64,000 bases of DNA from Sphagnum compactum. Its lineage: Eukaryota. Below, piece after piece: positions 1-12,301 of the stretch. The stretch lies in NCBI GenBank assembly GCA_965153455.1, contig OZ234493.1, positions 23,736,213 through 23,800,212 on the forward strand. The letters run 5' to 3'. How positions within the stretch are numbered: position 1 is the stretch's first letter; each line of letters opens with the position of its first letter. A program made the translations under genes and the position numbers. The notes below the pieces were generated by a model that saw only the letters and a list, made by a program, of their open reading frames with translations, made no database searches and was not told where the DNA came from.

Positions 1-249
1 ATAGGAACATGAAATGTGCAAAAAAATATGAAAATAAATTTTTATTATGGTAACATATGCAAACATGAACATGGAAAAAGAACATGATAAAGCTATGGTG
101 TAAGATTGTGCTTAAGAATAATGTTGAACAGACCAAAGGAAATGAGGAGTAGTATAAATCTATTTATATTTATACTCCTTTGGGGAAGCTTTCAAGGAGG
201 CTTCTATGTGTGCATTGAATAAATAATTTTTTTGAAAACCTTCCTAACT

Positions 250-570
250 GAGAGTCAATTATGAATTAATTAATATTTATAGTTAATTTGGACTTATATA
301 GGAATCAATTGGGAGTTAATTAAAGTTAAATAAGACTTAATTAAAAATTAGTTAAAACTTAACTACGAGTTAACTATGAATTAATTGGGACTTATTTAAG
401 ACTTAATTCGAAATTAATTAATAGTTAATTTGGAGTTAATTAAAATTTAACTAGAATTTAATTAAAACTTAACTAGAGTCAACTAAGAATCAACTGTAAG
501 TGAATTATGAGTTAAGTGGAAGTGAACTAAAATTTAATTGGAAGTTAACTAAAAGTTAGATAAATGGATG
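250..570. repeat. AT-rich degenerate short-period repeat (TTAATTAA / AACTTAACTA units)
   Basis: Recurrent motifs ttaattaaaacttaactag and gagttaatt, with no coding potential. Confidence 0.55.
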
Positions 571-607
571 AACATTTAAATGAATGAACTCCATAGCATT
601 TGCATTC

Positions 608-2775
608 GTGACACCTATTGGGAAGACTGTTGTTTACTCTAGCTCACCTTCGTGGTCTTCGCCATATAGTAGTAACCCACCCTATTTGTGTTTTCCCTTC
701 GTTGGCAGATGATATGCATATAATAAATCTCGCATAAAATGCGGTTCTTATTTTTTTACGATTGGAATGGGAGTTTTTAACATTAAGGCAACCAACGAAG
801 TGTGTAACTTGGTTTGGACACAAAGGTTGAACCATTCTATATCATTTCTTCCTGACTTTCTTTCTTTGATTCAATTTTTTGTATTTTGGGTGCACTAGTG
901 GGATGTAGATCATTTGTTGAATCATTTGTGGCTAAAGTTCTTCATGAAAATCTTGGGATCACATCTAGTCTCCCTATGTTTGCGAATCTTCAAGCGACTT
1001 TTGCGATGCTCTTGTTGTGTCATGCCCAACGCCCTGGTTATTTGCTTTGTATAATGTTTCCATTTCTAGGTATTTTACAACATTATGCTGAATTCAATAA
1101 TCGTACCACATCTACATTGGAAAAATTACTTGGTGCAGAATCTTTTGGTGGTTTTATCGATCACCTAACTTGTCATCAAGGCATTCTTCTTGTTTCTTCG
1201 AATGGGTTCAGCCTCCCTTTTATAATTCAGATTGTTGCCCTTGCATTCTTGGGATGTTGGACATTAATTGTTTTTACAATTGTTATTCGTTCTAACAAGA
1301 CAATCATCCTATTCTTTTGGATGAAGTAGCACCTGTTGAGATTTACATTTTCTCGTTCAAGATGGCACTACCAGATACTCGAACCCTGTTACCCTAGGTT
1401 GTCCATTCTTAAGGCCCACCCTTTGAAAGTCTAGTGGTTCAATCTTACCCCTAGTTGCAGGTTTTTTGAATAGATCACCTACACAAATAAAAGTTTGTTT
1501 TGCTTTTAATAGATGTTTTTTTAAATATCACGTGAACACGTCTTTGCTCATGTGCAAGTCCAAAGGTAGGCATTTGGTTATTAGTTCATCCTACCATGCA
1601 TGCATTTCATTTATTCTCAACCCATTTCCTTGTAACATTACGTACTTGTCTTGACTTACCACATCCTATGGTTGCCCATCTTTCATGGTCTTAGTGTGAT
1701 CATACCATTAATGATCTAAGTACCCATTTATTTTAGTGCCTTTGTGAAAGTGAACATACAATAGCTCACGATACACTTCAAGATATTGTCGCAACTATTG
1801 CTTTGGAGAGTGGAACACATGTTTAGAAGGAGGTCTCCCACCTTTTCCCTTGCCACACTCAACGTCAAGTGGATATCATTATCACTAGAAATGACTTCTG
1901 GACCTTGATGGACATTGTCATTATTGATTCGACTCGTACAGATACGGTGCAACGAACATCGATGACGACAACACATGCAACAATGATGGTTACTCAAGAA
2001 AAAACATGATCATACGCTAAATGAGTACCAAGTGATGACTTCATTCTCCTTGCTATTGATACGTATGGGTGTCTTCATTCTTGCTTTGATTCATTTTTTA
2101 CCACTTGTGCATAGACCACTATTGTGTGTCATCAATGGTTTTCTTTAGTCCCTTCAATGCTTGTTTCTTACTATCAACAACGTGTGTCCATAATCTTATA
2201 ATGTGTGCAAGCCATAGCATTCTTCAATAGGTTGCTACACTTGGCCGAAGTTCTTCATCTCTTCCACACATCATAGTTAGTGCACCTCTTCTCACAATGC
2301 GTGTCCATAGTCTTGTAACATGTGCAAGCCATAACATTCTTCAACAAGTTGTTGCACTTGGTTGAGGTTTTTCATCTCTTCCACACATCATAGTTAATGC
2401 ACCTCTGCCACTAGCCAATTTGTGGTAGATGACAACTCTTTCATCTTAAGTCTTCTTTGTTATTGTTTATTGTCATTTTATACTCATAGGGTCTTTAATA
2501 AATTTTTGTTGATTGTTGGCTTTTGTTTTTTTCTTTGGGTTGTCTCTACTTGTGTTCTCATTTGCTTTGTACTTTGGATGGATGGGTTCCCGTAATTGAT
2601 TTTTATTTACAAGGTTTTTCTTTTATTTTATTAGTGTATTAATGATGTGCTTATTGTTATGTTCTTTGGTGACATGTGTTCTCTTACTTTTATTTGCCTT
2701 ATACTTCTTGTGGATGGGTTCCCATCCTTGTTCTGTTTTTTATACACAGGGTTTTTCTTCATATCATCCTCCATG
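608..2775 (+). mobile_element. 5'-truncated, decayed non-LTR retrotransposon with RT, Zn-knuckle and restriction-like endonuclease (CRE-clade-like)
   Basis: Read through stops and frameshifts. RT: LLGRLLFTLAH...VFPSLADDMHI (LADD at 702-713)...QPTKC. Thumb/linker: LGALVG...CHQGILLVSSNGFSLP. Knuckle: CDHTINDLSTHLF*CLCESEHTIAHDTLQD (~1696-1785). Endonuclease: QRQVDIII...LMDIV...QEKT*SY...FILLAIDTYG (~1860-2070). Internal duplication at ~2175-2410; duplicated 3' tail (GGATGGGTTCCC at ~2580 and ~2712). Confidence 0.75.
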
Positions 2776-4323
2776 AAAAGTTGTAATGAGGAACCTCCAC
2801 ATGGCATGGAGGAATGTACATACGATGTACATACGACTTTCTTAACTACCTTCTTTAACTACCTATCCTACTAGGTACCTCTAGCCTACCTTTCTTCTTC
2901 TTCCCCTTTGGCTTCTTCCCCGTCTCCTCGTCAAGAAACGAGCTTCCTCCGGCATTGCAGCTTTGGAACCGATTCTTAACTCTTAAGTGATTGTATTGTG
3001 TTCGTGTGTTTCCGCATGTGGGGGAAAGAAATGCCATTTTGATGATTTTGATTTTCTTTTTCTCTGCAAAAGAGGTTTTTGCTCTTGTGGCAACTTGTTT
3101 GTTTGTTGTAATTCTTAAGTGATCGTCTTCCGAGCTCTCTTTTGTTTTTTGGTTGGATCATGCGCCTGCCATTTGTGAGGGTGAAAAAGCTCAGGATTGC
3201 GAAAAATAATTGCTCCAACATGCTGTTTTCCTGATTCTGAATCGCCTTCCAATGCCGGATTTTGATCAGTTTTTTGCGCGTGGTTTCTTTTCCCCCTTTT
3301 TTGGTTAGTTTGCAAGCGGTGGCGGTGATGAGAAGCTCTGTGAATTGTCTGTGTAATGTCCCTACCATGTCAGGACTGTTCCCGGACCTCATGTTGGGAG
3401 ATCGTGTGTTGTGCTCGCTTTGAGGCTTTACATAAATTCAAGGGTTTGTGATCATGTCCCTTCGAATCGTTAATTCAAAGGCTAATTCTACTTGTTCCGA
3501 ATCCGTGTCGATATGCAAATCCGTGAGAACTTCGCAGCGTTTGGCACGTAATTCCTTCTTCTTTTTCCCCCTCCTCTAGGAAGACTTGCAGATGTTCAGG
3601 AAACATTCTGTCTGAGCATGTTCTGCGAAGAAGAAGTTGCTGAGATGCATGTGATCTACTGCATGTGGAGTGCTCGCCGTTATCGTTTTCGACGTCGGGA
3701 GACATCGAGATTGCAGTTGCTCAAATTTCGGTAACTGTTTCTATCTTAAGCAAGTCTTCGAATTTTGATCTGGTCGCATCCAATTCTAGATTTTAAGCGG
3801 TCCTATAGATGCATTGTGTGAGGGACACGAAGCCTGTCAACTGGTGTGGTTATGAAATCAAGCAAGGAATTGAATAAGAAAACTTGGAAGGAACCGGAGA
3901 TCGCAATGAAGCAGCCCAATTTAAACCTTGCAATGGGTACAAGCTGTACATGAGATCAATATGCAACAGACAAAAGGATAGAGTCCCAGGAGTCCATACA
4001 GAAATCAGGGCATTTCCAGCAGCAATGAACAGTCCTTAGATCTAGAATCCATGTGCTCTCTGCGGGCAGGCCTTGAAATGGAGACAAATTAGCCCTGGAC
4101 ATGATGCTACATCTCGGTGTAAATTGCAGGGCTGCTGCAACTACCATGTCATGGTAGCAATGCCAGTGGTGATTTCAGTGGAATTGATGACTTGAGAGAT
4201 CCTGGATCCCTGTTGTTGTTGCCAGCCTCTGGCAATTAGCCTCCATATTTGTCTGTAATCAAGAGAAATATTTATTTGAGTAGAAAGCAATTGTAAGCAA
4301 AGGAAGCAAACTGGAGGTCCATC

Positions 4324-7300
4324 ATGTCGCTGGCACGTGATTTGTACAAGACAAAGCTGTGCACACTCTACTTACAACGTGGACATTGTCCAAGGCAGAG
4401 CTGCTCATTTGCACATGGAGAAGTGGAACTCCGCAAGTTTCCTGGTAAGCAGTAGTAAGATTTTTCTGGTTTTCTGTTCTCCAACTCAGAGAGAAAGAGT
4501 GGAGGAATAATCATAGCTTCACAATTCCAAGCTACATGTCAGGCATGAGTCTGAGCTTTGTGGTAATCAGAAGATTTCAGTCATCTGCCATTGTCCTTCC
4601 AAAACATTCAAGATGTCACATAAAAACAACATTCATGGAATTTTGCAGCCATTACGGGTGGGCTCAAGGCCCTTCCTTGTTTATGATATTCTCGTTATGT
4701 CAGGAGAAATGTAGCTTAGCTAATGCAGATTTCTACAGAGGTGTCTATTACCTTGCAGAAAGCAAGATCTGGATGTTCAACTAAGAGCCAGAGACAAGCA
4801 ATGATACTTCCTACTTCCAGTTGTGTTTTGAGCAATGGAATTCTATTGTTCATATTGTGTCTATTTTCATGATGGAGGTATACATATGTATCCCTGCAAG
4901 GCAGGGGATGGGCTTTACCTTACCTTGTAGATCTATGCATATGCATGGTACTCTTGTGATGGGGAGGAAACTTACAGATAATTGTCATGAGCCTAGTCCT
5001 TGGTGTCTGAACTTGTAAAGGAATACAGTATTCACTGTTGCTGAGGATGATCTTCAAGGCAAAGTGATATGTTGATTATAGTGACTGTCACCTGCAGGCC
5101 ACGCTTACAACTATTTAGTATGGCAATATAAAATCAGCATATTTAATGAGGGCGATCATTTGTCTGGACGCATGCTTGCAGATTCGTATGATGCTGGATA
5201 GAGTCCCTAATAATTTGGGGGATGGAAAGCTTGTGCTCTGTTATCTATTTTCACATGGAGGGCAATTTTTCTTGTTCAAGTATTGTATTGTCTTTATTGT
5301 CAGTTGTAATTGCCAAGTGCACAATTCATCAATTTTTTGGTGAAAAGTTTTCTCATTAATCATACCAAGAGTAATCCCTGTTTTTTCTGTGGTAACATCG
5401 GGGGTAGCGCTCCCAGAAGAAATGGTTTATGACCTATGTTGAATATTGAGGAGAGATATATACATATGGACATGGGACATTTCTTGTGCACAATTCCTTA
5501 ATTTTACTACTGTGCCCCCCAACAGACAAATGGTAAGCATCATGTGAACCTCTATGCAGTGATTAACCATGTGTGGACTCTTCAATGTGATTACTTGGTT
5601 AGAGCTTTGGGACAAAGATCAGAGGTTGCAACCAACTTGAAGTGTCATTGGGTGCACTCCCCAATTGCAGGCCGATATGGTTCCTCTGGTGCTGGTGACT
5701 TGAGGGAAAGATTGGATCGTAGGAAATCACCACTAACTTACCGGAGGCGATCTCCAGGCAGGGATGACAGAGGTTGTGACTTTCACCACACCCGCAAATC
5801 ACATGCACATGACAGAGGTACAAATATGCTTACTCACTGTTTGGTAATTTCCTCTAGCAGAACCATTTCCTTGTATAGTACTTTGATAGGCACTGGTTTC
5901 ATCAGTACATGTTCCTCCTTCAGATTCACCTCCCTGAGAGGTCAGTAGCTGACTGCAGTCAACACACTGCATGTCAGAGAAGATTCCATCTGCAGTGTTA
6001 ATGTGTTCATAAATGGCTGCACGAATGTACTTGCATATGAATGTATGGGTGTACTAAAAATTTAGATGAACTGGGTCACCAAGGCAGGGCGGAGTCATTC
6101 AAGGTCACCAACAAAGCACAAGCGAACCCGATCTCTATCAGCACCAAGGTCGCCAGCATATATGAAGTGAGTGAACCCTCAGGTGTTTTCCTGTATTGCA
6201 GTTAGCAGCACTTTAAGAAGATAACAATTGTTCCTGGAATCAACCAGTGATGCTCTCAAATATCTGGTGGTAATCATCTTCTGTACCAGCTTCCATGTGA
6301 CTCAAAGTTTACTATCACAAGTATGCCACAAGCAAAACTATTTTGATATGTTTTGTACAAAACAGGAGGGAAAAAAAAAGCCTACGCTCAGATGCAACAG
6401 ACACACAGATCAGTGATGTTTCAGGGGATGGTCATGAAGGAGATTATGCTGCTGCCAACCTGATTGTGTCAAGAAGGAGTCCATCACCCAGCATCCGAGA
6501 AGCTCTTGAAGAGCAGGCATGTAATTCAAAGAACTCACTCCTTAATTATTTCTTTCATCCAATTTTGTTGTGGGAATCATGCCTCCAAATACCTTTACAC
6601 AACAACAAGGGTAAAAGAAGCAGAAAATGTTGCTTTGTTCAGTTCTGCCCAGATGTTATACTCACTTTCTCTCACAATTTGACAACCGGGACAGCCAGAT
6701 AATCCATCATTGCATTAAAGGTAAAAGTTGCATAAACACAAGAGGTCTTCTTGAGGCCGGATGTTGCAATCTGTAAAACTTAAGCAACTGCATGGAAATC
6801 CTTGAACAGAAGAGTGAGTACAGTAAGATTTGAACCAAAATGAGGACATTTTACGATGGAGGGGTTACTAGTACTAGCCAATGTCCTCCAACTTGGCATG
6901 AGTTTAATCACTTGCTAAGTCTCCTTCACATGGGATTTGTGCATTTTATTTTGCAGGTGAGGGAGGTTGAGGCTGAAAAGATGGCATTGCAGGTTCAGAA
7001 AGCAAAACTTGAGGTGACCTCTGACAAACAGATTAGCTATAGCTCAAGTATACATGTTGCACACTCACTGGTGTGGCAGAATATGTGCAAACTTACCAAC
7101 ATAATAAAAAATATACTCAGGTTTAGTCATGTTGTCAATTTTTGCCAATTGATGCACAATAGAGGGCATAACATTGTGGTCATGAGTCCACCCACAGAGT
7201 GCTCCTTCAGAGAGATATACCAGCATGTGTTCTATATAGTTGTGTGTACATCTGTGGAACTATGTATATGTTTCTTCATTTCCAGTGAAAATCAGTTCCA

Positions 7301-9165
7301 CTCAAGAATCTTGTTTTCCTGATGGCGGATGCAGTAGTCTAATGTCTCAGTTAATTTCAGAGAGTTGTGTAAGAGCAGGCTCTTTTCAACCATGGTATGA
7401 TGCAGCTGTTACTGCAGAAAAAGATCCAAGAAACAACAATGTTGTCAGAGAAAGTTGAAATGCTTGAAGCTCGGGTGGCCGGTGCTGAGGAGGAGTGCAG
7501 AGGGTGCAATTCCTCACCTTCTAGTAGTGTTTGTGATCATCATTGTCAGTACTATTCTCAAGCAGTACGGAAATTTCACATCTTAAGTAGTTCACCTGTC
7601 CACATTGTTGAAGCACCAAAGAACATTGTTACGAGTCATGCCTGTGCCACTCAGGTTACAATCAAAGACCAAGAAATTTCTGAAAGTCTACACTCGGTTA
7701 ACTCGTGCTCAAGAGGAGTTGAAAAGGTATGCCTTTACCTCCTCACTTAATTATCAACAGCACTTATGCTGGAAGTCTCAGATATTTTGAAACTCTTTTG
7801 CAATCAAGCAGAAATGCAATAGAACACTGGAAGCTGGTTACAAGAGAATGGAGTTCATGCTAGGGGAAATTCCTTTTTCTGGGTTCCAGCCTGATCTTAC
7901 TGGATGCCAACAAGTGCCTACAACTGATATGTGCAAACTTCGTGTCCAGAGCACAAGCCAGAATGGTGAAGTTGGTGGAGGTTGAGGTGGGTGCAAGTAA
8001 CCTGGTCAAGGTGTTGCCAGAGATGGAAGACTTTGACATGAATATGACAAGTGATTTGGAGCTCACAAAGCGAAAGAATCTTTGCAAATTAGGAAATTGT
8101 GTAGTTGAAGGTGGGTTGGGTGCCATACTCTACCTGGGTTGGACAGATTGGACTGTTGATTAGAGTAGTCCTCAGAATGCATGTAACTAGTGAAGATACA
8201 TTTCTCTTATCATGTTATCTTGTGACATGCTGGTAGCAGGTATGTTGAAATACAAATTGCGGGGGTTGATTCCCATCATCACCTTTGTTTGGTGGAAATC
8301 TGCAGATTCAGGTACACAACATAAAGAGAATGTGCTTCACAACAACAGCAGCCCTGTGTTACAGAATGAGGACACGACATCTGGTGAACCCCAACAACAT
8401 AACAATTTGGCTGCAATCAGAAGAAAGGCTTTAATGCAGAGAGAATTGCAACAAAATGGCATTAACATGAGGGCAGTCAATGGAGCAGATGGCAATCAAA
8501 CAGATGGTAAGGTATCTACTCCTGGAAACAAGGAAGAGACTTTCACAGAAGAGTTGCGAACAAATACACAAGCCAAATCTTTGGACTCAACTCCATCTCC
8601 ACCAGCTTGTCAGGTCAAGGTATGCATGTCTGTCTCTCTCTGGTGCTGTCATTCTTTCAGGGTTTTTACTCATGATCCCAGAAATGAAGTGGACAAAAAA
8701 CATGGTTCTCTTCTCTGTACTGTCTGCAAATGCCATGACATTGGCATTTGTAACACATCCATGTTTGTTGATAAAGGCTGGAGTAGTTGGGTTATAAACT
8801 TTGCTATATTTCATCACCTTGTTTTCTGAGCAGGTGAGCAGATGATGGACCATGTTTCTTTCTCTCATATATAGGCAATTCCACAGTGAATATAAACATC
8901 CCTGCTATATAAGTCAGGACTTTGTCGGCCTCCAAAAATATTCCATCAAGCACCAGGAAGGCTTTAACCTGTCCACCAGAAAGACCCCTGTATTGCTCAT
9001 TCTTTTTCAGCTATTGTATTACTGAATATTCTCTTTCATGTTTTGCCAATCCAGGAGAAACCAGACCTGAAATCTGAAGAGAAGGCTATGGATGATGGCA
9101 GCAGCTCTGATGGTGTGAATGATGGAGGAGACAGTGATACAAACAATGGACCTGTGCAAGACTAG
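4324..9165 (+). CDS. CCCH zinc-finger protein with RS-like region and coiled coil (Arabidopsis C3H40 / rice C3H13-like)
   Basis: N-terminus MSLARDLYKTKLCTLYLQRGHCPRQSCSFAHG (C-x8-C-x4-C-x3-H). Phase-consistent exons: 4324-4444, 5671-5817, 6088-6166, 6366-6516 (GC donor), 6957-7013, 7406-7503, 7655-7726, 7950-8110, 8306-8619, 9055-9165. Coiled coil LEEQVREVEAEK...KTKKFLKVYTRLTRAQEELKRAQARM. The last exon is less certain (alternative acceptor near 8874). Confidence 0.85.
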
Positions 9166-10331
9166 AATTGGGTATCCACTATATCCGAGCTCCTCAATAA
9201 AGAAGCAATGTGCTTTATGGTGAAGGCATGTACTCTGACCAAGCCACCCATTTGCAAAAACTCTCAAGGACAGATGGTAGCACAGCTAGATATGCACCTC
9301 CTGCCCTTATAGGTTATAGAGACGTACAATGCAAAGTGTTAATCCCACATTAGTGCAAGACTACTCATCAATCTTTTCATAGCACAGCAGTCAGCCCTAT
9401 TGCTTCTTTTGGTGAGTGATTAACAGAAAATGACTAAGCTAAACCCCCCCACCTCATATAGTTTGCTCTGCTAATCATTTACCAGAAGAAAGTCTGAGAA
9501 CAACCTCAGCTTCTCTTTCTATTTCTTATCTGCTCCACACAAAAATCAGATCACCTTTGAACAGGGTGCACCAAACAACAGAAACTGTTCCTATGTTGGA
9601 CATTTCAATCAAAGATAAGAAACCCTACCAGGTGCAAGGTGTATCATCTTTGAAGAATATGCAATGTTTATACATAGCATGTTGCTTGGTATTTGTAAGC
9701 ATCTGGCTGACACTCTCTGTGTGGCTGATTCCTGGGTCACCAGTGATCAAGCCCATTGTATAGATCAAAGACCAGTTCTCCAATGCCAATATGCCTCGTC
9801 AAAGCTGGGATTGCAATGTTCAACACTCTCTCTAAACACATGGCAAGGTCCTTGTGCTCTTGCCAAATCAGAAAGATGTATTGCTTTGCTCATATGAAAA
9901 ACTGCATTGGCATTAGGATGCATGAAAGAAGGGCTGGTAATTTGCTTCATCAATCAGCAAACTTGCATGCTCTTGTGCTTTAGTTCTCCATTGAACAGAG
10001 ACCAAATGACTGAAACCTGATTCTGTCAATGAACACAGTGATCTCAACAGTCCTTTGTTACAGGAAATTGACTGACCAAAATTGGTACCTGCCCTTCTTG
10101 GCGACACCTTTAGACGAGCATTGACATCAAGCAAATTGAGGCACATTATTGGGTTTAGTTGACAGTTCCCTCTGCAACTGTAGCCATGATGTCTAACTAA
10201 AACATATGTCTTCAGGAGTACTAACAATTTCCACATGATTCAAGGCAACCTGAACAAAATCGAGAGATGGCCAACTAGTAAGGTTACAGAGTACAAAGAC
10301 TTCAGATCCACATTATAACAGCAAAAAATCC

Positions 10332-11096
10332 TGTATTCAGTACCCCCACAAAAGTACCAGAGTCTAGCCACACACCCTTGTGTTGCATTGGTTGAAATAG
10401 TTTCAGTGCCTTCTGCCCTTATGCACATTTCACATGTCCCATAATCATGGCATTCCGACAGACGACAGTACGTGATGGCATGTTGTTGAACACTCTCTGA
10501 GCATCCTCCATGCTTCCACATTTTGCATACATATCAACCAAGCTAGTCCTCAAAAAGACATCAGCCTCACAAGCAGTTTGAATTATCTGATCATGAACTC
10601 GCCTGCCCTGTTCAAGTGCTCTTAAACTAGCACATCCATCGAGCAGCGGAACAAAAGCGAATCTGTCAGGAGTCATGCCCTCTTGTCGCATTTCTCGGAA
10701 AAACTCAACGGCCTTTTCAGGTTGCCCAGCCTTAACATACCTTGCAAGCCTTCTATTCCATGAAAAGCTGTCCAATTGGACGGTCCCTGGTGCCATGGCC
10801 GCCAGGGCCGCCAGCTTTGCTCCCACCTATGGGGGTTTTCCACGGTTGTCAAGCCAGAGTGCGTCCTGCGTCCTCTTATGCTTGAAATCCGAATATCTTT
10901 CATTCACCTTCTCCTTCCTGCAATCGCACCACTGCGAAGGATCTAAAAAGAATTGCCGCCAAAGTTTCTCTGTCTGGTATGGTACCGTTGGTGCAATATT
11001 TGCATCCTAAGTCGTTGCCAACGCTCTGTTACCACAAGTCACCACTACATGTCGTATCTGTCGAGACTCAAGGATGTGTCGATGGCGCATTGCCAT
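10332..11096 (-). pseudogene. PLS-class PPR pseudogene with N-terminal transit-peptide-like leader and OSB-type PDF motif
   Basis: One reading frame from ATG 11096: MAMRHRHILESRQIRHVVVTCGNRALATT*...EKLWRQFFLDPSQWCDCRKEKVNERYSDFKHKRTQDALWLDNRGKPP*VGAKL, then P-L-S-P PPR motifs (SWNRRLARYVKAG; LLDGCASLRALEQG; SLVDMYAKCGSMEDAQRVF; MIMGHVKCA*GQKAL) and a truncated L motif (TFVGVLN). In-frame stops at 11009-11007, 10829-10827 and 10421-10419. Confidence 0.85.
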
Positions 11097-11949
11097 CACC
11101 ACTAAAAATTCAAGGACCGACAAGAGTACCAGTATCACAACCAGAAACAAGCTTCAGAAGATTGGTTCAAAAACCATCTCGCCACAGATAAGATGAAACA
11201 ATCGAGAGTGTTGTGTACAAAGAAGTCACAGCAGGCACACATAAACAACGGTGAAGAGATATAAGCAAGGGAGAAGGAGAGGAGACACGAGGCACAAGAA
11301 CTGACGAAGTGTCTCTTGCCCTCTTCATCTCAGTTGTTGTGATAGTTGTGTTCATCATTACAAAAGTTTAGATGAAGTAAAACATGGTGCTCTTTACTCT
11401 AAACATGGCATCTTTGTTATTTAGTCTCTATGACCTGTTGGGATTAGCCATGTTTTATGACGACTACTGATTGCATGTATGAGAATCAGAGGCGCTTGCA
11501 TTAAGTTGAGAGGTTGAGTTGAAGAAGGCAAGGTCTATATATTTTCTCGTGTTCTTTGTCAGGGCTTTGGTTTTAAAAGCAAGAGGATGTGAAACCTAAT
11601 GTTGGAAAGTTTGTCTGTTCCCTGAAGAACCAGTAACAGCCAAGTGGCACCTGGATTGAATTCAATATTATGCATACATTTGTAGTCTTGATCATCCTCA
11701 GGTTATTGAAATCTCTGTGGAATTCCGAAGATAACAGGCAGATGCATGATATGGGATATGTGCTAATACAAAGTCTGTGCCAGTAGTCAAAGTTGTGTGG
11801 GCAGATGCATGAGTTGACATCTTTTCACTACATTTGAAGCTGTAGCAACCACTCAAAAACTCTGAAGAATTCCACCGGTGGTACATTTTTCCCACTTTCA
11901 AAATCATTGCAACCAAATGTTGATTAAAAGCCTCTACCATTCATACCAC

Positions 11950-12228
11950 TTTGTGGGTACCAGCTGGTTGACATGTACGCAAAATGTAGGTGGATAGAGG
12001 ATGCTCAAAGAGTGTTCAACAACATGCCATCACATGATGTGATTGCTTGGAACACCATGATATTGGGACATGTAAAATCTGGGCAAGGGCAGAAGGCACT
12101 GAAATTATTTCAAAAAATGCAACAAGGTATGTTGTGAAACTCTTACTTTTGTGGGGGTGCTGAATGCATGTGCGAGTATAGTTGCACTGGAAGAGGGCAG
12201 CTGTGCTCATGAGCAGATCGCCCAAAGT
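11950..12228 (+). pseudogene. PLS-class PPR fragment (S-P-L motifs) with frameshifts
   Basis: LVDMYAKCRWIEDAQRVFNNMPSHDVIAWNTMILGHVKSGQGQKALKLFQKMQQ, then after a deletion TFVGVLNACASIVALEEGSCAHEQI. No start codon or C-terminal domains. Confidence 0.85.
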
Positions 12229-12301
12229 TTCTCAATAAAAAAAACAAGAGATTCCTGTGAACAATCACTACTCAGGTAATCACTATTCTTATCTGAAGAC
12301 A

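Noticed and set aside
886-1329. Standalone 147-aa membrane protein
   Set aside because: It is an internal piece of the decayed retrotransposon ORF.
10419-11009. In-frame stops in the PPR gene repaired by RNA editing or read-through
   Set aside because: U-to-C editing is known from organelles, not nuclear mRNA. One stop is TGG>TAG and the array is also truncated at 10332, so ordinary pseudogenisation is simpler.
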